Shown here: in pieces, positions 29,000-38,635 of the stretch | Numbering within the stretch: the stretch's first letter is position 1 | Layout: each line of letters begins with the position of its first letter | Assembly: GCA_050952625.1 (NCBI GenBank) | Contig: JBMNLH010000001.1 | Coordinates: forward strand, 640,001-704,000 | Length of the DNA: 64,000 nt | Direction of reading: 5' to 3' | DNA from: Bacillota bacterium | GTDB taxonomy: Bacteria; Bacillota; Ch66; Ch109 | Notes under the pieces: generated by a model | The model's database searches: none | What the model saw: only the letters and a program-made list of their open reading frames with translations | What the model was told of the DNA's origin: nothing | Position numbers and translations under genes: made by a program

Positions 29000-29715
29000 A
29001 CCGAATGAAATCACGTAGCGGTTATCTTACCATTGCCCTAGTATCCATGGTTTTAGGTCTAATGTTAGCGGTTCAGTTTAAGGTTACTCAGGGCAGCCCA
29101 GCTGATTTTGGTACTCGAAGAACTCAAGATGTCGTTAATGAACTGAAACAGGTCACCGAAGAAAGGGACAACCTGAAAATTGAACTTGATGAGTTAAGAA
29201 TTAGCTTGAATAAGGCTATCTCCGGGCAGCAAGAAGGTTACGAGGCTTTAGTGGAGGAATTAAATAAAGCCCGACAGTCGGCTGGTTTGTTGGAAATGAA
29301 GGGTCCGGGGATAACCCTTACCCTGAACGATAGCACTAAGGTTCTCCAACCGGGAGAAGACCCTAACCTTTACCTGATTCACGATGAGGATCTGTTAAAG
29401 GTGGTTAATGAGCTTAAAGCAGCCGGAGCCGAGGCGATTTCGGTCAATGGCCAGCGCGTTTTAGCAACTACCGAGATTCGATGTGCTGGACCCATAATCC
29501 AGGTTAACGGGAATCGCATTGCCCCGCCTTTTGTGGTCACCGCCATTGGCGATCCTAATTCCCTGGAGAGTTCTCTAAACCTCAAGGGGGGAGTATTGGA
29601 AAGCTTGCAATTTTGGGGGATTCAGACCAGCATTGAGAAACCTAAAGAGGTGATTGTTCCCGGTTATTCCGGGACGATCAAGTTTAAATATGCTAGTCCG
29701 GTCAAAGAGGGGTGA
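28996..29715 (+). CDS. DUF881 family protein (YlxW/YlxX-like)
   Basis: GPGITLTLND, IHDEDL..VVNEL.AAGAEAISVNGQR, IRCAG. Confidence 0.9.
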   Translation: MNRMKSRSGYLTIALVSMVLGLMLAVQFKVTQGSPADFGTRRTQDVVNELKQVTEERDNLKIELDELRISLNKAISGQQEGYEALVEELNKARQSAGLLEMKGPGITLTLNDSTKVLQPGEDPNLYLIHDEDLLKVVNELKAAGAEAISVNGQRVLATTEIRCAGPIIQVNGNRIAPPFVVTAIGDPNSLESSLNLKGGVLESLQFWGIQTSIEKPKEVIVPGYSGTIKFKYASPVKEG

Positions 29716-30057
29716 GTGCTTATGCTGTGGTTTCTGGCGCTATTAGGCTTATTGGCTGGGGTTTTGCTCGGTTTAAATTCACCATTGGTTATTCCAGCAA
29801 TTTATTCTAAGTATATGTCAGTGGCTATCCTGGCCGCCCTCGACTCAGTTTTTGGCGGACTTCGCTCGTCAATGGAAGATACCTTTGATAATCTAGTCTT
29901 TATAACTGGTTTTTTTAGCAATGCCCTTCTAGCAGCCTTGCTCGCCTATATAGGAGATCATTTAGGGGTTGAGCTTTATATGGCAGCTATTGTCGCTTTT
30001 GGAGTTCGCATATTCCAGAATTTAGCAATAATTCGTCGGCATTTCCTAAAAAATTAA
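29716..30057 (+). CDS. sbp: Small basic protein Sbp (DUF1290)
   Basis: AILAALDSVFGG, FGVRIFQNLAIIRR. Confidence 0.9.
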   Translation: MLMLWFLALLGLLAGVLLGLNSPLVIPAIYSKYMSVAILAALDSVFGGLRSSMEDTFDNLVFITGFFSNALLAALLAYIGDHLGVELYMAAIVAFGVRIFQNLAIIRRHFLKN

Positions 30058-30140
30058 TCCTAAAATTTGGAATTAAAAAGAGGGGATTTATACTTTATGT
30101 GGAAATAGTTTACGCAGTATAATCTGGCGGGAGGTGCGCC

Positions 30141-31370
30141 ATGGCCAGGCGGAACATTGTCGTCGGCTTGGATATTGGCACGACCAAAATAACGGCCCTA
30201 GTAGGCGAAGTGGGGACTAACGGTCAGGTTTATATAATTGGAGTCGGTGAAACTCCTTCCAGAGGCTTGCGTAAAGGAGCCATTGTCAATATTGACGAAA
30301 CTGTCCGTTCAATTGACTTAGCCATAGAAAAGGCGGAACGGATGAGTGGGGTCGAGATAAATGATGTTTTTGTTGGGGTCGCCGGACCTAATATTAGTTC
30401 CATTAATAACCAAGGCGTGATTGCGATTACCGGTCCTAACCGAGAAATTCTTGTGGATGATGTTCAGCGAGTTCTGCGAAATGTTCGAATGGTGGGACTT
30501 CCGGCTGAACGTAAGATTATCCATGTTATACCCCGACAGTTTATTGTTGATGGTTATGACGGTGTTCGTGACCCGGTGGGAATGGCCGGAGTCAGGCTTG
30601 AGGTAGAAGCACATATTATTACCGGTTCAACCACCTATTTACAAAACGTTTACAAGATAATCCAAAGTACCGGACTTAAACTTTTAAATCTAATGGTTAG
30701 TCCGATTGCCGCGGCAGAAGCGGTCTTGTATTCTAGCGAAAAGCAATTGGGTTCAATTTTAGTCGATATCGGTGGAGGAACGACCGATGTGACCCTTTAC
30801 GATGGGGGTAGTCCTTGGTTAACCTTTGCCTTACCTATTGGAGGAGATCATATCACCTGTGATTTGGCTGTCGGGCTTCGTACTACTTTGGTTGAGGCGG
30901 AAAGAATTAAACAGGAAAACGGATGTGTGCTGGTTCAGTTAGCCCCGGAACATGAATTAATATCTGTGGCAGCAGTCGGGGGAAACGGGATAAACCAGGT
31001 TTCACGCAAAAAAATAGCTAGTATTATCCAACCAAGGGTGCAAGAAATATTTGCTCTGATCCGAGAAGAAGTTGAAAAATCCGGGTACCGGGGAATACTT
31101 CCCGGCGGATGTGTCCTGACCGGCGGATCAGTTCTAATTGATGGCATGGTAGAACTAACCCAGGAAGAGTTGCAACTGCCAGTGCGCCTTGGTTATCCGG
31201 AAGGAATAGGCGGACTGGCTGAAGTGGTCCGGAGCCCACAATACTCTACGGTTGTCGGCCTGGTACTTCAGGCGGCTAGGAATTATCGGGAAGATTTGGT
31301 TCCCGAAGGAGATCCTTTATTGGGTGGGATTTGGGGAAGAATTAGATCTTGGTGGCGGGAAATGGCTTAA
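30141..31370 (+). CDS. ftsA: Cell division protein FtsA
   Basis: GLDIGTTK, DIGGGTTD, GGDHIT.D, LTGG. Confidence 0.97.
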   Translation: MARRNIVVGLDIGTTKITALVGEVGTNGQVYIIGVGETPSRGLRKGAIVNIDETVRSIDLAIEKAERMSGVEINDVFVGVAGPNISSINNQGVIAITGPNREILVDDVQRVLRNVRMVGLPAERKIIHVIPRQFIVDGYDGVRDPVGMAGVRLEVEAHIITGSTTYLQNVYKIIQSTGLKLLNLMVSPIAAAEAVLYSSEKQLGSILVDIGGGTTDVTLYDGGSPWLTFALPIGGDHITCDLAVGLRTTLVEAERIKQENGCVLVQLAPEHELISVAAVGGNGINQVSRKKIASIIQPRVQEIFALIREEVEKSGYRGILPGGCVLTGGSVLIDGMVELTQEELQLPVRLGYPEGIGGLAEVVRSPQYSTVVGLVLQAARNYREDLVPEGDPLLGGIWGRIRSWWREMA

Positions 31371-31404
31371 TATAGGACAGCGGTGATAAGAGGAGGGTCA
31401 TAGG

Positions 31405-32454
31405 GTGCTGGATTTTGATAATGAAGTAGCCCCATTGGCGAAAATTAAGGTTATTGGTGTCGGCGGAGGAGGAAACAACGCTGTTAACCGCATGATTGGA
31501 GCTGGACTTAAAGGAGTTGAGTTCCTGGCGGTTAATACTGATGCCCAAGCATTAAATCTCTCTCAAGCAGAACACCGGATCCAAGTAGGAGTGAAATTGA
31601 CCAAAGGGTTAGGAGCCGGGGCTAACCCGGAAATTGGCTATAAGGCGGCTGAAGAAAGCCGGGATGAATTGCTTCAAGCCTTACGTGGTGCTGATATGGT
31701 ATTTGTGACTGCTGGAATGGGCGGAGGTACGGGAACTGGCGGAGCACCGGTAGTAGCGGCTGTTGCCAAAGAAGTAGGTGCTTTAACAGTAGGGGTGGTA
31801 ACTCGGCCTTTTTCTTTCGAAGGAAAGAAACGAGCTAATCAGGCGGAAAAAGGAATTCAGGAACTAAAAAGTCAGGTCGATACGCTGATTACGATCCCTA
31901 ATGATCGTCTGCTGCAGGTGGTTGATCGGAGTACATCAATAGCAGAGGCTTTTCGGATTGCGGACGATGTTTTGCGTCAGGGTGTTCAGGGAATTTCTGA
32001 TTTAATCGCTGTTCCCGGCTTGATTAATCTTGACTTTGCGGATGTTAAAACGATTATGACTGAAACTGGCTCCGCTCTAATGGGCATTGGCAGCGGCTGT
32101 GGTGAAACCAGGGCGATGGAAGCGGCTCGGGCCGCGATCTCAAGTCCTTTACTAGAGACATCGATTGAGGGTGCCAGAGGGGTCCTCTTAAACATCACGG
32201 GTGGGCCTGACCTTAGTTTGTTCGAAGTAAATGAAGCGGCTGAGGTGATTGCCCAAGCGGCTGACCCAGATGCCAATATTATCTTTGGGGCGGTAATTGA
32301 TCAAACACTGCAAGACGAGGTGCGGGTTACCGTTATCGCAACCGGGTTTGATGCTGCTCCGGCAGACCGTAAGGAAATAGTTAAAGAAATGGAATTGCGT
32401 CCCTTTGCTAGTGGAAGCAATCTCGATATTCCAGCCTTTTTACGCCGGCGGTAG
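31405..32454 (+). CDS. ftsZ: Cell division protein FtsZ
   Basis: GGGTGTG tubulin signature, NLDFAD, C-terminal [10 protein letters not shown]. Confidence 0.99.
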   Translation: MLDFDNEVAPLAKIKVIGVGGGGNNAVNRMIGAGLKGVEFLAVNTDAQALNLSQAEHRIQVGVKLTKGLGAGANPEIGYKAAEESRDELLQALRGADMVFVTAGMGGGTGTGGAPVVAAVAKEVGALTVGVVTRPFSFEGKKRANQAEKGIQELKSQVDTLITIPNDRLLQVVDRSTSIAEAFRIADDVLRQGVQGISDLIAVPGLINLDFADVKTIMTETGSALMGIGSGCGETRAMEAARAAISSPLLETSIEGARGVLLNITGGPDLSLFEVNEAAEVIAQAADPDANIIFGAVIDQTLQDEVRVTVIATGFDAAPADRKEIVKEMELRPFASGSNLDIPAFLRRR

Positions 32455-32461
32455 GCAATGA

Positions 32462-32547
32462 GTTGTGGGCTTATCTTATTTAATACTTCAGGTGAGGTAG
32501 AGTCTCGACCTGAAGTTCCGGTGTTCAGCGAAGCTGGACGAGTTCAC
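32462..32547 (+). repeat. Dispersed palindromic element, family B, copy 1
   Basis: Reverse complement of 34540-34625; core 49 of 58 identical by manual count; internal hairpins TTCAGG..CCTGAA and GTTCAGC-GAA-GCTGGAC. Confidence 0.85.
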
Positions 32548-32583
32548 TCTGGTTGTGCCTGGCGGGCATGGTTGGTTAACGCG

Positions 32584-32615
32584 AAAGAGCGGGAAATATC
32601 CCGCTCTTTTATTTT
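32584..32615 (+). terminator. Intrinsic terminator after ftsZ
   Basis: AAAGAGCGGGA-AATA-TCCCGCTCTTT followed by a T-rich tail. Confidence 0.85.
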
Positions 32616-32629
32616 ATTGAGTCCAGTTA

Positions 32630-32662
32630 ATGACAAATTATGTTAATAGTTTAGAGTATAAT
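32630..32662 (+). promoter_or_regulatory. spoIIG-type Spo0A-dependent SigA promoter
   Basis: ATGACA-N21-TATAAT (over-long spacer) with a 0A-box-like TGACAAA overlapping the -35, the architecture known for B. subtilis PspoIIG. Confidence 0.6.
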
Positions 32663-32799
32663 CCTAATATAGGCATTAGTTTTCTGGATAGAGCAGAGTT
32701 AAGTTTAGGCAGTATCAACTATCTTCCAGTACTAGACCTGGGAAGAGCCCCATATACATAATAAAGATGCACAAACCTAGGGAATATGGAGGGGTTAGC

Positions 32800-33729
32800 A
32801 TGGGGCAGTCCTATGTCTACCTGGACGTAGTATTCTTGATTAACCTGGTCATGGATTATACAATTCTCTGGGCCACCGCTCGTTTTGGTCAGATACCAGC
32901 GAGTAACAAACGATTGCTTGCCGGTGCTTTCGTTGGAGCTCTTTACTGTATTGCCCTGCTTATTCCTGGTTTAACGTTTCTCTATGGTCTCCTGTTTCGA
33001 GTAGTACTCTCCCTGGTTATTGTCGGCGTAGCCTTTGCCCCCTTAACGCTCAGAAAGTTTTTACAAGCGTTTGGCTACTTTTATTTGATCGCTTTTACTA
33101 TGGGTGGGGCGATTCTAGGCGGAATTTACCTCTTATCTACTAATCCGCAACTTTTTGGAACAGTTAATCGCCTGTTACAGGTATTGGTAAATATTCCTTT
33201 TGGCTGGTTATTAGTCGGGGTCGCGGCAGCAGTTGTTTTGGGAAAATGGGGCACAGCCCTAATCCGCCGAGCGTTGGTCAAGACTTTTTTTCGCGTACCG
33301 TTGACCATTTGTTTTGGTGGACAAAACCTGACGTTGCCGGCTTTGCTGGACACCGGTAACCAGCTTAAGGATCCGCTAACCAAAGCCCCGGTAGTTATCG
33401 CTGAGTATTCAGCTGTTGAACCGTTTTTGCCGGATGACTTAAAGGATATTTTTCGGCGATCGCCGGATCTTGATTTGAAAAAAGCGGCCGAAGAATTATC
33501 CGGCTCGGAGTGGTCAAATCGATTTAGACTAATCCCCTTTTCTTCGATTGGCAAGCATCATGGCATGCTACTCGGCCTGCGACCGGATGAGGTTAGTATT
33601 GTAGTGGATGATCGTAAAGTAACCACCCAGAATGTAGTGGTTGGCATCTACAATAAACCTCTTTGTCCCGAGGGTTCGTACCGGGCTTTATTGCATCCTG
33701 ATTTATTAGGATCAGCAATGACCGCTTGA
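32800..33729 (+). CDS. spoIIGA: Pro-sigmaE processing aspartic protease
   Basis: [33 protein letters not shown]; SD GGAGGG before ATG 32800. Confidence 0.95.
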   Translation: MGQSYVYLDVVFLINLVMDYTILWATARFGQIPASNKRLLAGAFVGALYCIALLIPGLTFLYGLLFRVVLSLVIVGVAFAPLTLRKFLQAFGYFYLIAFTMGGAILGGIYLLSTNPQLFGTVNRLLQVLVNIPFGWLLVGVAAAVVLGKWGTALIRRALVKTFFRVPLTICFGGQNLTLPALLDTGNQLKDPLTKAPVVIAEYSAVEPFLPDDLKDIFRRSPDLDLKKAAEELSGSEWSNRFRLIPFSSIGKHHGMLLGLRPDEVSIVVDDRKVTTQNVVVGIYNKPLCPEGSYRALLHPDLLGSAMTA

Positions 33730-33757
33730 GGGTGGGATTTATGTGAGGGAGGGACTT

Positions 33758-34525
33758 GTGTTGGTCGATAGAGGTTCGAACCTACTCCTGATTAGATGGG
33801 ATAAATGGTGGCTGAAAGTCCGCTGGACTGTTAAACTGGCTTTCCTGAGCCTTCTCCAAAAAGTGGGGTGGCGGTCTGAAGTTCACTATGTCGGTAGCAG
33901 TGAGGCCCTCCCACCTCCCCTGAGTTCTGACGAAGAAATCTTCCTGCTAACCCGGTTAGAAACCGGGGATCATGCAGTTAAAAGTGTGCTTATCGAAAGG
34001 AACCTTCGATTAGTTGTCTATATTGCCCGTAAGTTTGAAAACACTGGCGTGGGAATTGAAGACTTGGTCTCCATTGGCAGCATCGGCTTGATTAAAGCAG
34101 TTAATACTTTTGATGTGGCCAAACGGATTAAACTGGCTACTTACGCATCCCGTTGCATTGAAAATGAGATCCTGATGCATTTGCGCCGAAATAACCGTAA
34201 CCGAATCGAAGTATCCTTTGATGAGCCATTAAATGTTGATTGGGATGGCAATGAACTGCTTCTTTCTGATGTGTTGGGAACAGAAAACGATGTGATTTAC
34301 AAGGCCTTAGAGGATGAGGTTGATCGCAATCTCCTCCAGGCAGCCTTACTTAAACTTAGTCCGCGGGAAAAAAAGATTATGGAACTGCGTTTTGGCCTCC
34401 AAGGGGGAGAAGAAAAAACCCAAAAAGAAGTCGCTGACCTGCTGGGCATATCTCAATCCTACATCTCCCGCCTGGAAAAACGGATTATTAAAAGACTAAG
34501 AAAAGAGATTTATAAAATGGAATAA
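33758..34525 (+). CDS. sigE: Sporulation sigma factor SigE (pro-form)
   Basis: [56 protein letters not shown]. Start uncertain. Confidence 0.97.
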   Translation: MLVDRGSNLLLIRWDKWWLKVRWTVKLAFLSLLQKVGWRSEVHYVGSSEALPPPLSSDEEIFLLTRLETGDHAVKSVLIERNLRLVVYIARKFENTGVGIEDLVSIGSIGLIKAVNTFDVAKRIKLATYASRCIENEILMHLRRNNRNRIEVSFDEPLNVDWDGNELLLSDVLGTENDVIYKALEDEVDRNLLQAALLKLSPREKKIMELRFGLQGGEEKTQKEVADLLGISQSYISRLEKRIIKRLRKEIYKME

Positions 34526-34539
34526 AGTGAGACAGTTAA

Positions 34540-34625
34540 GAGAACTCGTTCAGCTTCGCTGAACATCGAGGCTTCAGATGGAGACTCTACTCCACCTGAT
34601 TTTTGAACAAGGTAACCCCCACTTA
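34540..34625 (-). repeat. Dispersed palindromic element, family B, copy 2 (inverted relative to copy 1)
   Basis: GAACTCGTTCAGCTTCGCTGAACATCGAGGCTTCAGATGGAGACTCTACTCCACCTGA. Confidence 0.85.
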
Positions 34626-34672
34626 TAAAAGCAGGGGCTTTTGAACTCAGATAGAATAGATCGACTCTTTAT

Positions 34673-34700
34673 GCGAGGATATATGCCTCGCTTTTTTTTT
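34673..34700 (+). terminator. Intrinsic terminator after sigE
   Basis: GCGAGG/CCTCGC stem followed by T9. Confidence 0.8.
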
Positions 34701-34705
34701 GCTCA

Positions 34706-34735
34706 GAATAAAAACTATAAGCCAAGGGGATAATT
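34706..34735 (+). promoter_or_regulatory. SigF-type promoter of sigG
   Basis: GAATA-N15-GGGGATAATT resembles the SigF consensus GYWTA-N15-GGnnAnAnTW. Confidence 0.7.
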
Positions 34736-34822
34736 TAATTAATTAATAAACACCCTTAATGAGCCACTCCGACTAAGCAATCCTAAACTACCTAAATAAT
34801 GCAGGCAGCAGGGGGTTTGTGA

Positions 34823-35596
34823 ATGACGGTAAACAAGGTGGAGATCTGTGGGGTCAACACCTCAAAACTGCCAGTCCTCGGAAACAGTAAAATGCGGGAG
34901 TTGTTTAAAGCGGTTCAGAGTGGTGACCGAGAGGCCAGAGAAAAGCTGGTCAATGGAAACCTTCGCTTGGTGCTTAGTGTGATTCAGCGGTTTACCAATC
35001 GGGGTGAATACGTGGATGACCTTTTTCAAGTAGGTTGTATCGGGCTTATTAAAGCAATCGATAACTTTGATCTGTCACAAAACGTTAAGTTTTCTACTTA
35101 CGCTGTACCGATGATAATAGGTGAGATACGACGTTACTTGCGGGATAACAATCCAATTCGGGTTAGTCGGTCACTCCGGGATGTGGCTTATAAAGCGTTG
35201 CAGGTACGAGACGCCCTGGTTAACAAAAATTCCCGTGAGCCTTCCATTAATGAAATTGCGCAGGAACTAGATCTTCCGCGAGAAGAAATCATTTTTGCCC
35301 TTGATGCCATTCAGGAACCGATTTCTTTATTTGAACCCATCTATCACGATGGGGGGGATCCTATCTTTGTTATGGATCAAATCAGTGATGATAAGAATCA
35401 GGATTTTCACTGGTTGGAAGGGATAGCGGTGCGAGAAGCACTTCGAAAATTAAGTGATCGAGAGAAGTTGATTTTATCCCTGCGTTTTTTTGAGGGTAAG
35501 ACGCAAATGGAAGTGGCGGAAGAGATTGGAATATCCCAGGCTCAGGTATCTCGTTTAGAAAAAGCAGCTTTAAATCATATGCGGAAATATGTCTAG
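34823..35596 (+). CDS. sigG: Forespore sigma factor SigG
   Basis: NKVEICGVNTSKLPVL, GNLRLVLSVIQRF, SQAQVSRLEK. Confidence 0.98.
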   Translation: MTVNKVEICGVNTSKLPVLGNSKMRELFKAVQSGDREAREKLVNGNLRLVLSVIQRFTNRGEYVDDLFQVGCIGLIKAIDNFDLSQNVKFSTYAVPMIIGEIRRYLRDNNPIRVSRSLRDVAYKALQVRDALVNKNSREPSINEIAQELDLPREEIIFALDAIQEPISLFEPIYHDGGDPIFVMDQISDDKNQDFHWLEGIAVREALRKLSDREKLILSLRFFEGKTQMEVAEEIGISQAQVSRLEKAALNHMRKYV

Positions 35597-35615
35597 AATT
35601 GAAAGGGGTTAACGA

Positions 35616-36248
35616 TTGTTAAGCAAGCCTAATCGTCGATGGCTTTTGGCCGGTGGGATGATCTTTATCTTGTTGTTAATCGGATCTGCTAACGTTAAAC
35701 AGAGTACCCCGGTATCCGTCCCGGCTTTTAAATATGATAGTGTCCTCCGTTTTCACGTAATTGCTAACAGTGATTCTGAAACTGACCAAGCGATAAAGTT
35801 AGAAGTCCGAAATCGCGTACTCCAGTTTCTTCAACCCCTGCTTGCCCAAACGACCAATGTTTTCGAGGCCAAAAAGGTTGTTAGCGAAAACCTAAGTCAC
35901 ATTCAAAAATTGGCCCGGGATAAAGTTCTTGATTATGGATTAGAGTACCCAGTTACAGCGGAGATGGGCAGTTTTACCTTCCCGGCGCGACCGTATGATC
36001 ATCTAGTTCTTCCGGCTGGTGATTACGACGCTCTGCGAATTTCCTTAGGTGAGGGAGATGGGCAAAACTGGTGGTGTGTTTTGTTTCCTCCTTTGTGTTT
36101 CGTGAATGGTTCGGGTGGTTTGGTTTTCGACGATTCACAGTGGTCCGAAGAAGAGGAGTCTCTTCAGCCGGTTTTTGCTCCGGTATCGGACGACGAGTCG
36201 AGTCAGGCCTCAATTCGTTTTAAGTTTTGGGAGTGGTGGAGTGAATAA
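35616..36248 (+). CDS. spoIIR: Stage II sporulation protein R
   Basis: Signal peptide, LRFHVIANSDS, G.G.NWWCVLFPPLCF. Confidence 0.95.
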   Translation: MLSKPNRRWLLAGGMIFILLLIGSANVKQSTPVSVPAFKYDSVLRFHVIANSDSETDQAIKLEVRNRVLQFLQPLLAQTTNVFEAKKVVSENLSHIQKLARDKVLDYGLEYPVTAEMGSFTFPARPYDHLVLPAGDYDALRISLGEGDGQNWWCVLFPPLCFVNGSGGLVFDDSQWSEEEESLQPVFAPVSDDESSQASIRFKFWEWWSE

Positions 36249-36261
36249 GCTGCTATAATCA

Positions 36262-36450
36262 TGTTCGCGTCGTGTTTTAACGGGGGTCAGCAATTGACGG
36301 TTTGCATCGGAGAACGAAGATAGCTGAGAATTAGCCGGCATTACTGTCGGAGCCCGCCGGGCGAGTTTAATGCCTGCCCGAAGCAGTCGACGTTCGTTCC
36401 CGGCCCAGTCTGCTGACCGAGTTAAAACACGCGCGTAGTTATTTTCAAAG
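36262..36450 (+). repeat. Family A element, most complete copy (about 185 nt, terminal inverted repeats)
   Basis: CGCGTCGTGTTTTAAC.GGGGTCAGCA pairs with TGCTGACCGAGTTAAAACACGCGCG; inner stems GGCATTA/TAATGCC and GCCC/GGGC. Confidence 0.85.
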
Positions 36451-36523
36451 TAGACACAAAATAGACAAAAAACTCCCGGCTTGCTCATATATTTAGATAG
36501 AGGAGTCGGGAGGTGATCGATAA

Positions 36524-36811
36524 ATGGTTCGAGTGTCTGATCTAAGAATGCGCGACGTGGTAAATGTAGTCGATGGTCGCCGCCTAGGAATGATCAAAGA
36601 CTTTGATCTCGATGTAGAGGTTGGCCGGATAAGGTCAGTCCTTCTTCCCGGGTCAGGAAAAATCCTAGGTTTCTTCGGCCGCAATGATGACCTGGAGATC
36701 CCCTGGGATAACATCATCAAGATTGGAGTCGATGTTATTTTAGTAAACTTGCCCTCATTTACCGATGTACGGCGCAGTAATGAATCGGAATTAAACGGGC
36801 GTGAGGCATAA
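36524..36811 (+). CDS. ylmC: YlmC/YmxH family PRC-barrel sporulation protein
   Basis: RVSDLRMRDVVNVVDGRRLG...IPWDNIIKIG.DVILV; a SigE-like -10 CATATATT lies at 36486. Confidence 0.92.
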   Translation: MVRVSDLRMRDVVNVVDGRRLGMIKDFDLDVEVGRIRSVLLPGSGKILGFFGRNDDLEIPWDNIIKIGVDVILVNLPSFTDVRRSNESELNGREA

Positions 36812-36842
36812 AACCGCCTTACCTACTTTTCATTCTTCCCTG

Positions 36843-37542
36843 CTAATTTATTGTTATTATATCCTCAACTAGTCCGGTATGCTTGATTTGAAAGTCCGCC
36901 TTGACCTGAACCTGGACAGTTGGGAAGATTTCATCCCACTGATCTTTAATGTCTTTCCAAAATTTCGGGTTTAAACGATATAGGATATCTCCAAAGCCCA
37001 AGGCGTCTGCACCTATAGCTTGAATCTTGGTCACTGCTTTCAGGCAGCGATATTCTACCTCTTGATTAATCAATTCCTCCAGCTTTCTAATATTCTCTTC
37101 GTTCAGTTCGATAACCGTGTCTGATTCTCTAAAATCACCCTGTCCTTTAAGGTTAATTACAAAAGTAATTCCGTTGTAATTAATTACTGGTTTAACCTGA
37201 GTTTTTACATTGCGAAATAAGTAACTGGTGTCTTTTTGGGTGGCAGCATATGCTACCGGAATTACTCCGCTGCCGGCTTGATTAGTGATCAATAGAAACC
37301 CTTGACTTTCCTCAGGATCTAATAAACCAACCATTTTATTCCCGGAAAAAATCGCTGAACCTTCAATAACAGGGGTCTTATGCTGTGGTGGGACCCCTCC
37401 TTCTTCACTTCTCCCTTCGGTAACACTATTGGCCCTATTCTGCGTGTTATTGTCTGGTTGCTTGATAGGGGAACTTTCTGCCGGGGGTTAATAATACTAC
37501 GATAGTTGCTTTAAAGCTTATTAAGCTTGGCGTTAATTTCAT
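36843..37542 (-). pseudogene. Ger(x)C germinant receptor lipoprotein with internal deletion and frameshift
   Basis: SD plus ATG 37542 gives signal-peptide-like MKLTPSLISFKATIVVLL, then a stop at 37447. The C-terminal GerC domain (GSAIF...MVGLL; DALGFG; W..I...W...FP) is in another frame opening at 37487. No lipobox Cys or N-terminal domain. Confidence 0.8.
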
Positions 37543-38635
37543 TATCATCCCTCTTTTTTCTCAGTAATGCGATAATTAAAACTAAACCTGGAATGATTAA
37601 CTCAATGGTGTAGGCATAAAATGGCCAGACCTTGGTTAAAAACTCGACTATTCGATAATGGCTTTGGTATACGGTAGTGGCGATAATAACAATGATGGTA
37701 CTGATAGGGATTATAGTATGGCGGTAATTATTTAACCCTAAAGTTGTCGCCGCAGCAATACAGCAGGTATGAATGAAGATGGCCAGTTTAATAATTGTCC
37801 CGGCTATCCAGATAATAACAAGCAGCAGCTCTACACGTTCCAAAAAATCAGCTAGAGAGATATACCTTATTAAACTGTGCACCGGATAAGCCAGACATGA
37901 CGTAACTAGGTCACCAAATACTCCGATGGTACCAGCAAAAACCGCTGCAGCGAATACACCGGACATGAATATCGTACCCAAGCCAGTTTGTAGGGCTTCC
38001 TCCTTCCGATTCAGGTAGGGCAGAAGCATTAAAATTAAAAATACCTCTCCGCGCCAGGCCGCAGGAACCATACTTCCCTTTAATATTGGTATTAAACCAT
38101 CTTCTAAAAATGGCCGAAAATTTATCAGACGTGTTTCATTCGCTACTAAAGCTAGGATAAAAAGAACCGATATGACAAATACAGAAAAAACCAGCCCGTT
38201 TTGCCGAGCAATAACTTCAATGCCTAGATAAACCCCATAGGCAGCTACGCTGGCTAAAACCACAGTGAATACTGAAAAGGGGGTTTCCGGTAGAAAGGCC
38301 ACATGGATAAATCCCACTCCTTCCGCCACAATTACGGTCGTGAGATGAATAAACACCAGCGTATAGGCTGCCGCCAAAAGCTTGCCGGGTATCATACCGA
38401 GTATCTTTGGCAAGTACTCAGTAAACACCTGCCGGGGATAGCGTCGGCCTAGGGCTACACATACCAGGGCTACCAGTAAACCATAAAGAGTAACCGGGAT
38501 TAAGATCGACAACCAACCATCTCTACCGGCCTCCCGGGCAACAATACCGGGAACAAAAAGAAAAACCGTAGCCATTTCTGCCATAAATAGTAATAGCATT
38601 AATTGAACGCTACTGATTCTACCTTTATCTAACAA
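37511..38635 (-). CDS. Ger(x)B germinant receptor permease
   Basis: GRISSVQL, AGRDGWLS, LPETP, FLERVE; about 10 TM. Confidence 0.92.
   Translation of the reverse strand: MLDKGRISSVQLMLLLFMAEMATVFLFVPGIVAREAGRDGWLSILIPVTLYGLLVALVCVALGRRYPRQVFTEYLPKILGMIPGKLLAAAYTLVFIHLTTVIVAEGVGFIHVAFLPETPFSVFTVVLASVAAYGVYLGIEVIARQNGLVFSVFVISVLFILALVANETRLINFRPFLEDGLIPILKGSMVPAAWRGEVFLILMLLPYLNRKEEALQTGLGTIFMSGVFAAAVFAGTIGVFGDLVTSCLAYPVHSLIRYISLADFLERVELLLVIIWIAGTIIKLAIFIHTCCIAAATTLGLNNYRHTIIPISTIIVIIATTVYQSHYRIVEFLTKVWPFYAYTIELIIPGLVLIIALLRKKRDDNEINAKLNKL

Noticed and set aside
32458-32646. 62-aa ORF after ftsZ
   Set aside because: Runs through the family B repeat and the terminator; no SD.
36210-36488. 92-aa minus-strand ORF (and 4047-4244) across the family A element
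   Set aside because: The reading frames derive from the repeat, start and end differently between copies, and lack an SD; not convincing as an encoded peptide.
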